The notes: a model not told the origin generated them from the sequence alone. DNA of 64,000 nucleotides from an uncultured Chitinophagaceae bacterium (GCA_964502525.1 CAZCXH010000001.1:37480-101479); one strand, 5' to 3'; positions 46,653-55,740 are shown, counted from the stretch's first letter. Numbers and translations are program-made.

Positions 46653-48632
46653 TTACCGCTGGATGAAAAATCTTCGGACCAGAACAGCTTCTGGCGATTC
46701 CACCCGGATGAAATAATTTCCTGCGGGATAACTGCTGATGTTGAACACTATTCTCTCCATATCTCCCCTAGCATCCATCGCTGCCAGCATCCGTCCGATT
46801 GCGCTGCATATGCTGATCCGCGATGAAGGATGGCGCTTCAGGTACACGATGATTTGTTCAGATGCCGGGTTGGGGTAAATATAAACAAGTTCGTCCCCAG
46901 GGGAGCCAATTGAGGTTGTGTCATCCGGCAGGCAGTTCTTCAAAAAACCATATACAAAACCGTCAACAAATTCCTGCTGCGGAAACAGCAACGTGTCTCC
47001 CTCGAAGTGGAAATACAAGGGAGGAGAACCGACAATACCGATGCTGTCGAAAATCGGGCACGACAGCAGATAGAAAGGCAATGCAGTTGTATCGTCAATG
47101 CTGCATCTTCCGCTGAATTGCAGAACCGAATCTTCGTATGAGTTGCAAGAGACAGTATGGTTGGTTGAATCCTGCCCATCCCGGCTGAATTCGATTTTCA
47201 CGTCACCCGAGGCTGGAGTTACCGGCAAACCGGCAAAGCCGCCAAAATAATGGTCCCATTTCCAGCAGCCATCGAGGATTTCAATGATGGAATCAATGGT
47301 TTCATAATTGGCGGAGTCAGGAGGGCTGACGGTTGTATCTCTCAGGCATGAATCCATTGTGAACGCATACACATATCCGTCCACGAATTGCTGCTGAGGG
47401 AACAAAAGCGTGTCGCCTTCAAATTCGAAATACAATGGAGGCGAGCCTACTATGCCGATGCTGTCGAAAATGGGACATGACAACAAATAAAATGGAAACG
47501 CAGTAGTGTCGTCAATGCTGCATCTGCCGCTGAATTGCAAGACAGAATCTTCGTAAGAAGAGCAAGAGATGGTGTGGTTAGTCGAATCCTGCGCATCCTG
47601 GCTGAAATGTATCCGGACATCCTTCCCCGCGGGTGTTGGCGGTATTCCGGGAAAGCCGCCAAAGTAATAATCCCATTTCCAGCAGCCCTCCAAAACATCA
47701 ATGATGGAATCAACCTTTTCATAATCAGAAGTATCAGGCGGGGTTTCGTTCAGGCATGAATCTTTAACAAAATATAAATAAGGCGCGTCCACAAGGATCC
47801 CCAGATCCCAAATCTTGAGCGTATCGTTGAAATAATAAAAATCAGTCGGGTATTGATCCCGAATGGTTCCGCCTATGGCTCCAATCACCGCGCCACGCAC
47901 ATCCTCAACAAAAGAACCGTCATAATCCTGAATGCCGGCTGTGTCCGGAGTGATTGATGTCCGGTCGGTTTTGATCAGGGTAGAATCGAGATAGCAGTGA
48001 TATGTTACAGTATGGTTTGATGAATCCTGCGCATCCTGGCTGAACCTCAAATAAACAGTAGTATCGGCAGGATGCATCTGTCCCCACGATTCATAGGCAT
48101 GAAACAGCCAGCAGCCGGTGAGCAAACCGATGAGGGAGTCAATCGCTGCATATTGCGTGGTATCAGGAGGAACAGAAACGGTGTCGGCAAGGCACGAATC
48201 CCGCGCAAAGACGTAATAGAAATCGTCAGCTATATTAAAATGCGTGAATTCAATCGAGTCGTTGTAGAATCTAACATTGATTGGAGGATATGCTCCTGCC
48301 AATGCGCCCAAAACATCCGGAGAGAGCGTAAACCAAGAAGCATAGTTGGTGTCAATGCCCATGGCTGCCCGTCCGGAATCCGCAAGCAGCGAATCAACAT
48401 AAGTCCGGTAGGAAACGGTTTGATTGGCTGAATCCAGCGCATCACGGTTAAACCTGAGCATCACATTGTCCCATGGCGTTTGCGGTGGAAGCCAGGCAAA
48501 GCCTCCATAATAATGATCCCAGCGCCAGCAGCCGGTGATGAGATTGCCGATTGAATCCAACTGATTGGCGGGCGCCCGCCCGAAACTGAGTTGACTGGCA
48601 AATAAGATGAGTATATGGAAAAACCTTTTCAC
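46653..48632 (-). CDS. T9SS-sorted protein built from four ~140-aa tandem repeats
   Basis: Signal peptide. Repeats begin at residues 25, 164, 307 and 446 (DS.I..L.GCW.W). The last two are nearly identical. C-terminal IYPNPASE...Por tail. Confidence 0.75.
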   Translation of the reverse strand: MKRFFHILILFASQLSFGRAPANQLDSIGNLITGCWRWDHYYGGFAWLPPQTPWDNVMLRFNRDALDSANQTVSYRTYVDSLLADSGRAAMGIDTNYASWFTLSPDVLGALAGAYPPINVRFYNDSIEFTHFNIADDFYYVFARDSCLADTVSVPPDTTQYAAIDSLIGLLTGCWLFHAYESWGQMHPADTTVYLRFSQDAQDSSNHTVTYHCYLDSTLIKTDRTSITPDTAGIQDYDGSFVEDVRGAVIGAIGGTIRDQYPTDFYYFNDTLKIWDLGILVDAPYLYFVKDSCLNETPPDTSDYEKVDSIIDVLEGCWKWDYYFGGFPGIPPTPAGKDVRIHFSQDAQDSTNHTISCSSYEDSVLQFSGRCSIDDTTAFPFYLLSCPIFDSIGIVGSPPLYFEFEGDTLLFPQQQFVDGYVYAFTMDSCLRDTTVSPPDSANYETIDSIIEILDGCWKWDHYFGGFAGLPVTPASGDVKIEFSRDGQDSTNHTVSCNSYEDSVLQFSGRCSIDDTTALPFYLLSCPIFDSIGIVGSPPLYFHFEGDTLLFPQQEFVDGFVYGFLKNCLPDDTTSIGSPGDELVYIYPNPASEQIIVYLKRHPSSRISICSAIGRMLAAMDARGDMERIVFNISSYPAGNYFIRVESPEAVLVRRFFIQR

Positions 48633-48738
48633 TTGATTCGAGATTGAAACTTAAGAAAAATATGGTTTAAATGATTACGCCTTAAAACCTAAAGTCGTTG
48701 CCTGCATTTATTTGTATCCGGTAAATTTGCTTCATTTA

Positions 48739-49776
48739 ATGCTTAAAACAAAAACTGTTGTTTTCCTTTTCCTGCTGGCGATAGCTTCCTGTTTTCTGAT
48801 AGCAAGCTGCAGGGAAAAAGATAAGGAAGAAAAACAGGAAAAGCAATCGCCCCCTTCCGAATTCGACCAGATTCCGCTCATCCAAAATCTGACTGCTAAA
48901 ATTTCTGAAGAGCCCAATGACCCGGAATTGCACTTCGCCCGTGGAAAAGCCTACATGGAATTAGGCAATCACATCAACGCCATGAAAGACATCCATGAAG
49001 CCATCCGGCTGGATTCCACTGAAGGCAAATATTATATCATGCTCAGCGGGATCTATTTTTCAAAACAGGAATATACCCGCGCCATCACTGCGCTGGAGGC
49101 AGGGCGCAAAAATGCCCCGGATAACATTGACCTCATGCTTGAGCTTGCGAGATATCAATTGTATGTCGGTGAACGGGAGAAAAGCATCCAACTGCTCGAT
49201 GATGTTTTGCGGAAAAATGTTTCTAATGCCGAGGCATATTTTTTAAAAGGCATGATCTTCAAGGAAATCGGTGACACTGCAAAAGCCATCTCGAATTTTC
49301 AGACCTCAGTGGAGCAAAATCCGAAATATTATAAATCATACATGCAGTTGGGTTTGCTGCTCACGAAAAAGAAAAACAAGCTTGCGCTTGACTATCTGAA
49401 CAACGCGCTGAGAATTGACCCTTCGGGCTATGAGGCGAGATACGCCATCGCCATGTATCACCAGGAAATGAAAGAGAATGAGAAAGCAATTGAGCTCTAT
49501 AACCAGATGATTGTGGATTTCCCGCAGGAGAAGGATGCCTACTACAACATCGGCTATATTCATTTTCAAATGGACTCCATTGACCGTGCCTCCCGGGATT
49601 TTAACAGGGCCATCGCAGTTGCCCCCGATTATGCCGATGCCTACTACATGATCGGGTTGTGCGCGGAAGTGAAAAAGGACTTCAGCAATGCCAGGCGCTA
49701 CTACCACCAGGCGTTAAAGCTGAATCCGAAGCATGCGCTTGCTTCAGCCGGGGTGCAAAGAACGGAAGCGGAATAA
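48739..49776 (+). CDS. TPR-repeat lipoprotein
   Basis: Lipobox LIASC. At least 7 TPR units (A..Y...G......A...F..A....P). Confidence 0.75.
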   Translation: MLKTKTVVFLFLLAIASCFLIASCREKDKEEKQEKQSPPSEFDQIPLIQNLTAKISEEPNDPELHFARGKAYMELGNHINAMKDIHEAIRLDSTEGKYYIMLSGIYFSKQEYTRAITALEAGRKNAPDNIDLMLELARYQLYVGEREKSIQLLDDVLRKNVSNAEAYFLKGMIFKEIGDTAKAISNFQTSVEQNPKYYKSYMQLGLLLTKKKNKLALDYLNNALRIDPSGYEARYAIAMYHQEMKENEKAIELYNQMIVDFPQEKDAYYNIGYIHFQMDSIDRASRDFNRAIAVAPDYADAYYMIGLCAEVKKDFSNARRYYHQALKLNPKHALASAGVQRTEAE

Positions 49777-49867
49777 GCAGCCTTGCAACCATGAACTTGT
49801 TAATAAGTATCGCTCAAATTCTATTTCCTTTCAATGGAAACTTTCATAAGTTCGATAATTTAATTTG

Positions 49868-49957
49868 GAACAGTTCTAAAAATTCCACCATTTAGTTCCT
49901 CTCCGGAAGGAGAGGCAAGGGGTGAGGCGATAAAAAGAGCAATTTTTTAAACTGTCC
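49868..49957. repeat. ~90-bp foldback element related to the outer arms of the 52.3-53.0 kb inverted repeat
   Basis: cagttctaaaaatt...aattttttaaactg termini with an inner perfect hairpin cctctcc-ggaa-ggagagg. The string aaggggtgaggc(g/a)ataaaaagagcaatttt matches the reverse complement of 52344-52376. Confidence 0.6.
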
Positions 49958-49981
49958 TTCACAAATCCGGCAAACCTCGGC

Positions 49982-51607
49982 ATGAATGATGTAGCTTTTT
50001 CAAAAAAGAAACGCATCGTTATTATATCACTTCTATTAATAACGGGAATTCTCGGCCTGGTAGCTTCAGGATTTTTTTTAACCAAAAATGATGAAGCCCT
50101 CCCTTCCGGGCGCTTCAACATTATTGTCATCCTGGTTGACGATTTGGAGACAGCATTGACGGAAAGACTGTTGGTAAACGGATATTTGCCTAATCTGAAA
50201 AAATATATTGCAGGCACCGGAGTCACCTTCAGAAACTCTTTTGTCACCACGTCATTATGCTGCCCCTCCAGAGCCACTTTATTAACCGGGCAATATTCGC
50301 ACAATCACAAGGTGCTGAGCAATGAGCTTCCCGAAGGCAGCATTGTGCGCTTAAAAGATTCCAATACGCTTGTAACGTGGCTGCATGATGCCGGTTATTG
50401 GACGGGATTCGTTGGCAAGTATTTGAGCAAATACGGCTCCGCTCCGGATTCTCCCGCCACCAATCCGCTGAACCCGAAATACATCCCACCGGGGTGGGAT
50501 GATTGGAATGCATTAACGAAAAAAACAAAAATGTATAATTATTCCATCAACTCAAACGGTGTTATAAGAGACTACAACGATGAACCGGCAGCTTACCAAA
50601 CTGATGAATTGGCAAGAATATCGGCACAGGCGGTTGCGAAAACCGAGGCAAACGATCTTCAGCCTTTTTTTCTGTGGATATGCACCCATGCGCCTCACAT
50701 TGAATCGAGTTATAAGAATCAGAGGCCAGGCTGTGATCAAACCTATTGGAGCGCTTCAATTCCTCCGGCTCCCCGTCACAAGGGATTGCTTTCCTCATGG
50801 AAACTTCCTCAGCCGCCCTCCTTCAATGAGCAAGACATAAGCGACAAGCCTCCCTCTATTTCCAATCAGCCGATGATGACCGAAGCGGAGATTTCCTGTG
50901 CTGAGCAGCAATATATTGACCGCGCTGAATCCATGCTGGCTGTGGATGATTTAATCGGCACCCTGATCAACGCTTTGGCAAAAAACGGAGAATTGGAAAA
51001 TACCGTCCTCATTTTCACGTCAGATAACGGATATTACAACGGAGAACACCGCCTTTTCGGCAAAGTAACGCATTACGAAGAAAGCATAAGGGTTCCGCTG
51101 TATATGCGAATTCCGGGAATTGCAGAACCGCAAATCATTGAACGCCTGGCAATCAATAATGACCTGGCGCCAACGATCACCGAACTGGCAAATGCCCCGG
51201 CTCAATTGGCTGTTGACGGCAGATCGCTGATGCCAATCGTTGGAAATCAAAAAGCCGCGCGATGGAGAAAAAGATTCCTGGTGGAATTTGACGGCTCTGT
51301 TCCGGCTAAATATGCTGATATGCCGTTTTTCACCGGAACCAAAAATTTGCTCTTTGGCCCAAAAACCACAGGCGTTTCATTTCATGGCGTAAGAACCGAT
51401 TCAAGTGACACGGCTGCTCCGAATCAGTTCTTTAACATGTACAAGGATGGAAGTGAAGAACATTATGATCTTTCATCTGATCCTTATCAGTTGGAAAACA
51501 AGCTGTATGATTCTCCTCCCGGGATTCAAAGCGCCACGCTCAGGCAGCATCTGCTAAAACTGAAAGATTGCTGCTGCGGAAACTGTCAGACCTTCGAGGA
51601 CGAATAG
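49982..51607 (+). CDS. sulfatase (formylglycine-dependent) with an N-terminal TM anchor
   Basis: VDD, the CCPSRATLLTG (C-x-P-x-R) active-site motif, and later GKY and SDNG blocks. Confidence 0.85.
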   Translation: MNDVAFSKKKRIVIISLLLITGILGLVASGFFLTKNDEALPSGRFNIIVILVDDLETALTERLLVNGYLPNLKKYIAGTGVTFRNSFVTTSLCCPSRATLLTGQYSHNHKVLSNELPEGSIVRLKDSNTLVTWLHDAGYWTGFVGKYLSKYGSAPDSPATNPLNPKYIPPGWDDWNALTKKTKMYNYSINSNGVIRDYNDEPAAYQTDELARISAQAVAKTEANDLQPFFLWICTHAPHIESSYKNQRPGCDQTYWSASIPPAPRHKGLLSSWKLPQPPSFNEQDISDKPPSISNQPMMTEAEISCAEQQYIDRAESMLAVDDLIGTLINALAKNGELENTVLIFTSDNGYYNGEHRLFGKVTHYEESIRVPLYMRIPGIAEPQIIERLAINNDLAPTITELANAPAQLAVDGRSLMPIVGNQKAARWRKRFLVEFDGSVPAKYADMPFFTGTKNLLFGPKTTGVSFHGVRTDSSDTAAPNQFFNMYKDGSEEHYDLSSDPYQLENKLYDSPPGIQSATLRQHLLKLKDCCCGNCQTFEDE

Positions 51608-51721
51608 CATCATCCCCGTGACGGTTATAACTTAGCGTATGGCAAGGGTTGTAAAAGGGTGCACGACAAATTCAAAGACCGCTGCCGCAGTAAAACAATG
51701 TCGCTAACTTTTTATTCAAAG

Positions 51722-51958
51722 CAATCAGTCCGGACTCCTCCGGTCTGACCGGAGGGCGCGGGTGAGGCTGGATAAAAGGCAGGTGTTATATAGATGGAAT
51801 TGCACTTACCCCCCTAGTCCCCCTCAAAGGGGGATGCCTTGCGCGGTAGCAACCTCCCTTGATAGCGAAGCATCCCGATTCTATCGGGAGGGAGGTTGGA
51901 GGGTGACAGATTCAAAGATGCAATTTGTCCTACACCCAAATTCAGGGGATGACCGATG
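51722..51958. repeat. cluster of GC-rich REP-like hairpins
   Basis: Three hairpins: tccgg-tctga-ccgga, ccccc-tcaaa-ggggg, and aacctccc...gggaggtt enclosing cgatag...ctatcg. The string gggtgaggctggataaaa recurs inverted at 52437-52470. ORF 51762..51959 is a translation artefact. Confidence 0.5.
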
Positions 51959-52085
51959 ACCGCAAGTATTTCGCTTTCTTTTTTTACATTTCTTTAACAA
52001 TCATTAACAGCCAGAACACAACTTTTTGGCATGGTGGTTGTTTATATGGTTGCAGATGATTTGATAACAACTAAAACCAACAACC

Positions 52086-52262
52086 ATGTTACAGCTAATG
52101 AAAATCCACCGCCTCAACAGCCTCAGAGAGCAATATAAAAAAGTAAAAAGCGAAGCAATGAAGTTTATGACGAAGGGCGACCTTAAGAATTATCTCAGAA
52201 GGCTGACGAAAGCAAACAAGATTCAAAACGAATACATTGAAACATTGAATATGCAGGTTTAG
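52086..52262 (+). CDS. 58-aa basic helical hypothetical protein (below the ORF-track cutoff)
   Basis: ATG 52086, TAG 52260-52262. Sequence MLQLMKIHRLNSLREQYKKVKSEAMKFMTKGDLKNYLRRLTKANKIQNEYIETLNMQV. A strong intrinsic terminator follows 23 nt later. Confidence 0.4.
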   Translation: MLQLMKIHRLNSLREQYKKVKSEAMKFMTKGDLKNYLRRLTKANKIQNEYIETLNMQV

Positions 52263-52284
52263 AAAGAATCCTTTTCATGACCGG

Positions 52285-52324
52285 AAGCCGTCTCTTTTAT
52301 GGGTGGGAGACGGCTTTTTTTTTT
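52285..52324 (+). terminator. rho-independent terminator
   Basis: 10-bp perfect stem aagccgtctc / gagacggctt with a 12-nt loop, running directly into a long T tract (52315-52324, whose first two T belong to the stem). Confidence 0.65.
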
Positions 52325-52335
52325 GTGGGATAATT

Positions 52336-53020
52336 AAGGGCTGTTCTAAAATTGCTCTTTTTATTGCCTCACCCCTTCTCTCTCCAGAAGGCTTACCTAT
52401 GCACACATCTTTTTAGAAATATCAGAGGGCAAGGGTTTTATCCAGCCTTCGTCTCAGCCTCACCCCTCCGAAGGAGTCCGGAGTCCTTCGGACCGCTCCC
52501 CGAATAAGAGCAGAGCTGTTTCATTCTCCTTGAAAGAAAATGTGCCGTAGGCACAACAGGTTGTTAGAAAAAGAATTATCCGCCACAACCTGAGTGCCGT
52601 CAGGCACATAACGTTATCCGGATCATTGAGCATCATGAATGTTACAGCTTAAAAAACCAAGGATAACCTGTCGTGCCTGACGGCACTTGGTTTTCACATT
52701 CGCTATCTTTTCTAACAACTTTTCGTGCCTATGGCACTTTGTTGACCATCAGATTGAAAACGAGAATGAAACAGCCCTGCGAATGAGAGAGGGTGTCCGG
52801 GCCATCTGGCGCTGAGCAGGAATCAGCAATTTTTTTTGCGGGATAAGGAAATCAGTCCGGACACCTTCTCCCTGCCCGTCCGGCAGGCGGGCTTTGGAGA
52901 AGGGCGGGATGAGGCTTGCCCGGCAAGGATGAGGGCTATTATTACACCAAAATTAAATGTGTGCATAGACAAGCTCCAGAAGGAGAGGGAGTAAGTGGTA
53001 GAATTTTTAGAACTGCCCTT
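52336..53020. repeat. ~685-bp nested imperfect inverted repeat, made of two diverged copies of one ~300-380-bp element, tail to tail
   Basis: The left arm (52336-52640) aligns block by block with the reverse complement of the right arm (52641-53020). Shared blocks: aagggc.gttctaaaa, ctatgcacacat, gctgtttcattctc, gtgcc.taggcac..gttgttagaaaa, agtgccgtcaggcac, gttatcc. There are four GTGCC-N3/4-GGCAC mini-hairpins at 52541-55, 52594-607, 52673-86 and 52725-37. Confidence 0.75.
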
Positions 53021-53303
53021 CATTTGATTTCATGATCTTCAAACAATCATAGCCGTCTTTGACATCCATAAGCGCAGATCCTATCAAAACCTCCATAATA
53101 AGGTCGTGCCTTTGGAACTTTGATGCCATTAGGTTTTCATTATTGCGATGAACCGAAGAAGCAAATACTTCAAAGAATCCGTACACAATTTGCCCTCGAT
53201 GAAGTGTGCGAACATCGGGGATATATGCCCGGCTTCAAAGGCGTCAAATCAATCAGTAGATAATCCCCCAACATTTAATGCCCTAAAATCTTAATTTCAC
53301 GCC

Positions 53304-53822
53304 ATGTCCAACGAACAAGTCAACATCAACCAATCCGTAGCTATCCTCATTGACGGCAACAATATCGAGCGCAGCCTGCACACGCTGGTCGGCAAAACCA
53401 ACGTGATGCTGAACTTCGACACGGTCATTCCTCGCGTGTTAGTGAACAGAGGATTGAACCGTCTCATCTATTTCCGGGAAGGTCAAAATATTTCTTCAAA
53501 ACTTGCGGAACGCCTTCATGCCAATTATCATGGCTCGGTTTTTCCCTGCCATAAATCTGCTGATATTCCCTTGTCAATCCGGGCCACGCAAATCGCACAG
53601 AAGGTGGATACCATCATCATTTTTTCCGGTGACTCGGATTATGTCGAACTGGTGCGCCACCTGAAATCGGAGGGTGTGCGGGTGGAAATCGCAGCGGTGG
53701 AAGAGTCAACAGCAGCCATCCTGAAGGAAGAGGCCGATCACTTTTTTCCGATCACCAAGGAAGATTGTTTTATCTACACACCGCCTTCGCACAAAGGAGA
53801 GCAAAAGCGCAGGAACCGGTGA
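53304..53822 (+). CDS. NYN-domain (LabA-like) protein
   Basis: VAILIDGNN...FSGDSDY..LV..L...G..V is the NYN/LabA signature, followed by a basic C-terminal tail. Confidence 0.8.
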   Translation: MSNEQVNINQSVAILIDGNNIERSLHTLVGKTNVMLNFDTVIPRVLVNRGLNRLIYFREGQNISSKLAERLHANYHGSVFPCHKSADIPLSIRATQIAQKVDTIIIFSGDSDYVELVRHLKSEGVRVEIAAVEESTAAILKEEADHFFPITKEDCFIYTPPSHKGEQKRRNR

Positions 53823-53832
53823 GATAATGCTC

Positions 53833-55740
53833 TCATCTTGCAATCAAGACCTTTTCCCGGCTACTTGACCCGCCTGCCTTTACTTCAACGAAATAAAAAC
53901 CTTCGGCAACTTCACTGAGGTCAAAATTCATTGGGAGCGAAGCAAATTCATTCTTAATCAATTCCTTGCCGGCAATGTCGGTAATGGTTATGATCGCTCC
54001 CGGAATGATTCTGGCTGATTCAACGGTAATAAATCTATCGGCAGGGTTCGGATAAATCATGATGGATAAGCCGGCAACGCTGTTAATGCCTGTAACAGCT
54101 AATGTATCAACCGTCACCGAATCGCAGAATGTATCCGATCCCGCCTGATTGAATACGGTAAGACAGGCATAATATGTTCCGGGCGCTGCATAATCGTGAG
54201 TCACGGACGATCCACCCGCTGCATTGGAGCCATCCCCGAAATCCCAGTAGAGGCTGTCCACCTCTCCGGTGGATTCATCCAAAAAGTTGACCTGCAATTC
54301 ATTTTTGCCGGTGACGAAATTGGCCACCGGTGGAACCAGCTTGCCGAAAGAAATACCATCCAGCCAAAACCGGTAATCATCGGGGTCGCTGTAGCAATGA
54401 AACCCGATATGAAATGTTCCGGTGGCCGCTGCCGTGAAAATTATTTTATGTTCGGCCGGAACGGTTTCCCACAGTTCTCCCAAATCTTCAAGCAAAACGG
54501 TCATGCCGGCTGTATCAGGCTGCGAACCAAGTTTTATTTCCAGCTTCTCCGCATAAATAGTATCAGCCGCACCCACTTTGTAAAAAAATGACAATCGGTA
54601 CGTTTCTCCTGCAACTAAATCCATGCAGGTGGAATAGAGCCAATCATCGGCTGCGGTCACTCCGTCTTCATTCCATGAGTAAATGAACGACAAGGCGTTA
54701 GAAATGGGATTAAGCCCGGAAAGCACCCAGCTATATCCATCTGCATTCGCGTCTTCGACCGACCATCCGAGAACCTGATCAACGCTTTCAAAACCCGAGG
54801 TATAAGCGCTGTCAGCATCATGGGGCATCACATTGACAGTGCCGCTGGTCAGGGTATTGTTGCCGCTGATGCCATCGCCCGTTAATGTTGCAAATACCGT
54901 TATCACATAGCTGCTTCCGGAGGCAGAAAGATCCGCGCCCTGACTGAAAACATAAGCAAGCGTATCGCCCGGCTGAATCACTGATGATATATTTTCAGTT
55001 ACGGTATCGGAATTAATTCCGTCATTGACCACAAATGAAACAGTAAAGTTTGATATGGGCGTCCTCCCGAAATTTTCTATTTCAACCGAAATCTCTTCTG
55101 AAGTGGTAAGATTACAGGCGGAAAAAGGAACCCCGATTCCAATAATTGCCGCATCAGCAGGCGGGCGGCTGATCACCTCTATATCATCAACGATCAACGT
55201 CCATTTATCATCGGAATTATTGCGAAAAGCGATATATGCGTTCTGATTCGCATAGCCCAAAGCGGCAAGATCAGCCCTGCGCGATATTCTGACAACGTCT
55301 TCAGCCGTTATCGAAAACAAGGGGGCATTGGCAAGAAAACTGGAAGTATCAGTTCCCGTTGTGGAGATTCTCACTTCGTATCCGTCAGGGTATCTCGAGC
55401 TGAAAGCTTCGGCTTTCCATTGAAGCACGCAAAATGAGTCGAGCTGAATGAGTGGCGTGATCATCCAGTCATTTGCTTGTCCCACGGGTTCATAATAGGA
55501 AGTGCTGATGGCAATGGTATTGGTCGTATCCGCAAAGTCGGGCAGCGCAACCCATGCATCGGTGACGTAGCTCGTCTGCTGATTGGGAGTCCTGCCGTCT
55601 CCGTCAATGAGCGTGAAATTTAAGGGCATGCCGCTCTCAAAATCTTCCAAAAAGATAACCTGCGCCCTGGCGGACATGAGTTGCACCAGCAACAGCAACA
55701 GGACTGCTGATAATATTGTAAATGACTTGCGAAGCATCAT
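53833..55740 (-). CDS. T9SS-sorted surface protein (choice-of-anchor-J/cleaved-adhesin-like domains, PKD domain, Por tail)
   Basis: Signal peptide. FLEDFESG...DAW...NDWMITP motif appears twice. PKD block WDFGDGS...H.Y..PG.Y. C-terminal IYPNPA...Por tail. Confidence 0.8.
   Translation of the reverse strand: MMLRKSFTILSAVLLLLLVQLMSARAQVIFLEDFESGMPLNFTLIDGDGRTPNQQTSYVTDAWVALPDFADTTNTIAISTSYYEPVGQANDWMITPLIQLDSFCVLQWKAEAFSSRYPDGYEVRISTTGTDTSSFLANAPLFSITAEDVVRISRRADLAALGYANQNAYIAFRNNSDDKWTLIVDDIEVISRPPADAAIIGIGVPFSACNLTTSEEISVEIENFGRTPISNFTVSFVVNDGINSDTVTENISSVIQPGDTLAYVFSQGADLSASGSSYVITVFATLTGDGISGNNTLTSGTVNVMPHDADSAYTSGFESVDQVLGWSVEDANADGYSWVLSGLNPISNALSFIYSWNEDGVTAADDWLYSTCMDLVAGETYRLSFFYKVGAADTIYAEKLEIKLGSQPDTAGMTVLLEDLGELWETVPAEHKIIFTAAATGTFHIGFHCYSDPDDYRFWLDGISFGKLVPPVANFVTGKNELQVNFLDESTGEVDSLYWDFGDGSNAAGGSSVTHDYAAPGTYYACLTVFNQAGSDTFCDSVTVDTLAVTGINSVAGLSIMIYPNPADRFITVESARIIPGAIITITDIAGKELIKNEFASLPMNFDLSEVAEGFYFVEVKAGGSSSREKVLIAR

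Noticed and set aside
51560-51607. Cys-rich tail (CCCGNCQTFEDE) of the sulfatase as a possible metal-binding or sorting signal
   Set aside because: It is too short and unsupported to interpret. I noted it only as a curiosity.
51762-51959. 65-aa ORF, and 52823..53023 on the minus strand, in the ORF-poor region
   Set aside because: Both lie entirely within GC-rich hairpin repeats. Their P/G/R-rich translations are typical of translated REP-like elements.
52336-53020. Retron msr/msd, IS200/IS605 ends or an omega-RNA/TnpB-type guide as an explanation for the nested inverted repeat
   Set aside because: There is no reverse transcriptase, TnpA/TnpB/IscB or other transposase ORF within several kb on either side. 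The flanking ORFs are a sulfatase and an NYN protein.
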